A DNA stretch of 6,951 nucleotides from Candidatus Woesearchaeota archaeon (lineage in GTDB: Archaea; Nanobdellota; Nanobdellia; Nanobdellales; CAZNIQ01). Position numbers and translations under genes: made by a program. Positions 5,720-6,951 of the stretch are shown one piece after another. The notes under the pieces are model-generated. The model searched no databases, was not told the origin of the DNA, and worked only from the letters and a program-made list of their open reading frames with translations. Numbering within the stretch: the first letter of the stretch is position 1; every line of letters starts with the position of its first letter. The stretch spans positions 7,861-14,811 of the forward strand of contig CAZNIQ010000001.1 in assembly GCA_964573185.1 (NCBI GenBank). The letters are read 5' to 3'.

Positions 5720-6186
5720 AGTTTTTCTAAATAAAAGATTGCATAAAAATTTCTCCCTTTTCTTTTAATAAAAACATCTATAACTGCAAAATACTTAATA
5801 ATTTCGTTAACAAAATCTTGAGGATATATTCTTAATTTAGATTTCATTTCAGGAAATCCGAAGAGTTCGAATTCTATATAAGCTTTTCCACCCGGCTTTA
5901 AAACGTTGTATAAAGCGTTTAAGAACTGCTTATAGTTTTTATCTAAATTTTCAACATATACTAAATCCACTTTGTTTATAAAATTCTTGTACATATCTAG
6001 AAAAGATCCTTTAACATATACTTTATTTCCAAAAGTTCCAGCTTTTTTATCATTTATAAAATAGAATTTCTTATCAGTATATTTATTTGCAAACCTTTCT
6101 AATTTAAAACCATATATATCTAAAATTATTTTTGCTTCAGAGAGGTCATGAGTCATCATTTTCTCAGCTAAGGGTGAGTTCCTCAT
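5716..6186 (-). CDS. Small class I methyltransferase-fold-like protein with an atypical motif I (function uncertain)
   Basis: The order of motifs resembles a Rossmann methyltransferase: IILDIYGFK (degenerate GxGxG), YFIND (acidic end of beta2), VDLVYVENL and NVLKPGGKAYI. It shares a TTAA stop/stop overlap with the convergent reverse gyrase gene (5716-5719). Its first 16 codons coincide with a C/D-box-like module, so the real start could be ATG 6186, 6159 or 6156. Confidence 0.45.
   Translation of the reverse strand: MRNSPLAEKMMTHDLSEAKIILDIYGFKLERFANKYTDKKFYFINDKKAGTFGNKVYVKGSFLDMYKNFINKVDLVYVENLDKNYKQFLNALYNVLKPGGKAYIEFELFGFPEMKSKLRIYPQDFVNEIIKYFAVIDVFIKRKGRNFYAIFYLEKL
6137..6186 (-). ncRNA. 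Box C/D sRNA-like module overlapping the 5' end of CDS 5716..6186
   Basis: The minus strand reads ATGAGGA (C-like with one mismatch, 6186-6180), ACTCACCCTTAG (12 nt), CTGA (D', 6167-6164), GAAA, ATGATGA (C', 6159-6153), CTCATGACCTCT (12 nt), CTGA (D, 6140-6137). Both spacers are exactly 12 nt. The U5-to-G change in the C box would replace the U-U pair with a G-U pair. Confidence 0.5.
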
Positions 6187-6216
6187 TTAAAATTAAGATT
6201 AGTTTATAGATTTTTA
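6186..6216. promoter_or_regulatory. AT-rich spacer with putative back-to-back TATA-like elements
   Basis: On the plus strand, TTTAAAAT (6186-6193) is centred about 26 nt before the C box at 6217. On the minus strand, TTAAAAAT (6216-6209) is centred about 26 nt before position 6186, which is the ATG and C-like box. A further TTTATAGA/TCTATAAA element lies at 6203-6210. Confidence 0.4.
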
Positions 6217-6264
6217 ATGATGAGGCGTTTCCACTCTGATTATGATGATAGGTCCCATTGCTGA
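6217..6264 (+). ncRNA. Box C/D sRNA (canonical double-guide architecture)
   Basis: The plus strand reads ATGATGA (C, 6217-6223), GGCGTTTCCACT (12 nt), CTGA (D', 6236-6239), TT, ATGATGA (C', 6242-6248), TAGGTCCCATTG (12 nt), CTGA (D, 6261-6264). All four boxes match the consensus and both spacers are 12 nt. It lies in an intergenic GC-rich island. Confidence 0.85.
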
Positions 6265-6312
6265 TCAGCCCCGTGACGCTTCATCATTTTCAGCAGTACA
6301 GATCCTCATCAC
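6265..6312 (-). ncRNA. Box C/D sRNA embedded in the 3' end of CDS 6265..>6951
   Basis: The minus strand reads GTGATGA (C, 6312-6306), GGATCTGTACTG (12 nt), CTGA (D', 6293-6290), AA, ATGATGA (C', 6287-6281), AGCGTCACGGGG (12 nt), CTGA (D, 6268-6265). All boxes match the consensus and both spacers are 12 nt. Confidence 0.75.
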
Positions 6313-6951
6313 TTCTTTTAATGTATAAATGTTCTTTTTAAAATCACAAGACCTTAAATATTCAAAACCTGTAATATCTATAAATGCAATTTTTCCTTTT
6401 ATTTCTCTTAAAATGATTAAAAGCTCATTCAAATCTAAAAGAAACGCATAATTATTATATCTGTTGCAAACAAAATCTCTCTTAAGTATATCCAAATCTA
6501 TAGACACATATAGTTCGTTTGGAAGTTCTTTTAAAAAATTAATAACGTTTCCCCAATTACTTCTATCTTTTCTTATCAAAATATATTTATCAAAAGAATT
6601 CGTTTCAGGTTTAAGAAAGCCAACATAGAACATTTCTTTTACATTTGCCAATTTTTTAATAAATCTTGCAAAGCTTCCAGTGTTTATCCCTTTCATTAAA
6701 GAGTAATCATCTGGATGTTGATCTATATGTAAATAGTACTTCGGTTTTATTTTGATTAAAATAGCTAGAGTAATGAAATGTTTTTTATCTGAACCATAAA
6801 TGTAAAAATTATCTTCAGGTATTATTTTTGATATTTCGAGAATTTCATTTTCTGTATAATAAGGTTTGCTTGGAAGCTTAAGATCTACAATCTTATCAAA
6901 GTTAAAGTACTTCTTTAATTCCTCCGTTGCTTTATCTATATTGATTAACGC
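6265..6951 (-). CDS. Divergent ureohydrolase-fold paralog (5' partial, continues off the right edge)
   Basis: My translation of the minus strand shows the frame of ORF 6265..6696 stays open from 6696 up to nt 6951 (ALINIDKATEELKKYFNFDKIVDL...FYIYGSDKKHFITLAIL...YYLHIDQHPDDYSL-MKGINTG...). The motifs align with the 1476..2354 protein: GSDKKHFIT versus GGDHSIT, HIDQHPD versus FDAHPD, VSIDLDILKRD versus ISIDLDVFD, and IAFIDITGFEY versus IAFDVVELYP. Confidence 0.6.
   Translation of the reverse strand, partial: ALINIDKATEELKKYFNFDKIVDLKLPSKPYYTENEILEISKIIPEDNFYIYGSDKKHFITLAILIKIKPKYYLHIDQHPDDYSLMKGINTGSFARFIKKLANVKEMFYVGFLKPETNSFDKYILIRKDRSNWGNVINFLKELPNELYVSIDLDILKRDFVCNRYNNYAFLLDLNELLIILREIKGKIAFIDITGFEYLRSCDFKKNIYTLKEVMRICTAENDEASRG

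Noticed and set aside
5720-5760. Possible intein, linker or topoisomerase-domain continuation after the reverse gyrase stop
   Set aside because: The stop codon TAA at 5717-5719 is clear. The downstream plus-strand frames are closed and AT-rich, and the region is occupied by a convergent CDS.
1-6951. CRISPR arrays, IS elements or transposases, integrases, rRNA
   Set aside because: No direct-repeat and spacer periodicity, no terminal inverted repeats and no recombinase-like ORFs were seen on either strand.

Overview
This is an AT-rich, very compact window that looks archaeal. TATA-like boxes sit about 26 nt upstream of start codons, which suggests leaderless mRNAs, and neighbouring genes overlap.

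Eight real coding regions are supported. Two of them run off the window edges and are truncated in the supplied ORF track:
- a CcdA/DsbD-like membrane thiol-disulfide protein (1-690, +), overlapping by ATGA a Cys-rich, membrane-anchored CPHC thioredoxin-fold protein (687-1490, +)
- a minus-strand block of overlapping genes: a degenerate phosphohexomutase-like protein (2876-3814), an RsmC/MJ0882-type NPPY methyltransferase (2311-2898) and a ureohydrolase (agmatinase/arginase family, 1476-2354)
- a 596-aa reverse gyrase helicase half that stops where the topoisomerase domain should begin (3929-5719, +)
- a small methyltransferase-like protein (5716-6186, -)
- a second, divergent ureohydrolase-like gene (6265 to beyond 6951, -)

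The signals the ORF track does not explain are four box C/D sRNA-type modules (C box, about 12 nt, D' box, C' box, about 12 nt, D box), all lying in small GC-rich islands:
- one in the 3815-3928 divergent intergenic region
- a convergent pair at 6217-6312 whose two D boxes together form the palindrome CTGATCAG; the minus-strand member lies inside the last codons of a CDS
- a fourth at 6137-6186 that coincides exactly with the first 16 codons, including the ATG, of the methyltransferase-like CDS

A second unexplained signal is a roughly 10.3-bp-phased array of ten GTTAA(C) motifs inside the phosphohexomutase-like gene. The motif falls in two different codon phases, which argues for a DNA-level constraint.

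A split reverse gyrase, strong AT bias, compaction and abundant C/D sRNAs together resemble Nanoarchaeota (Nanoarchaeum equitans-like). This is inference only. No tRNA, rRNA, CRISPR array or mobile element was seen.
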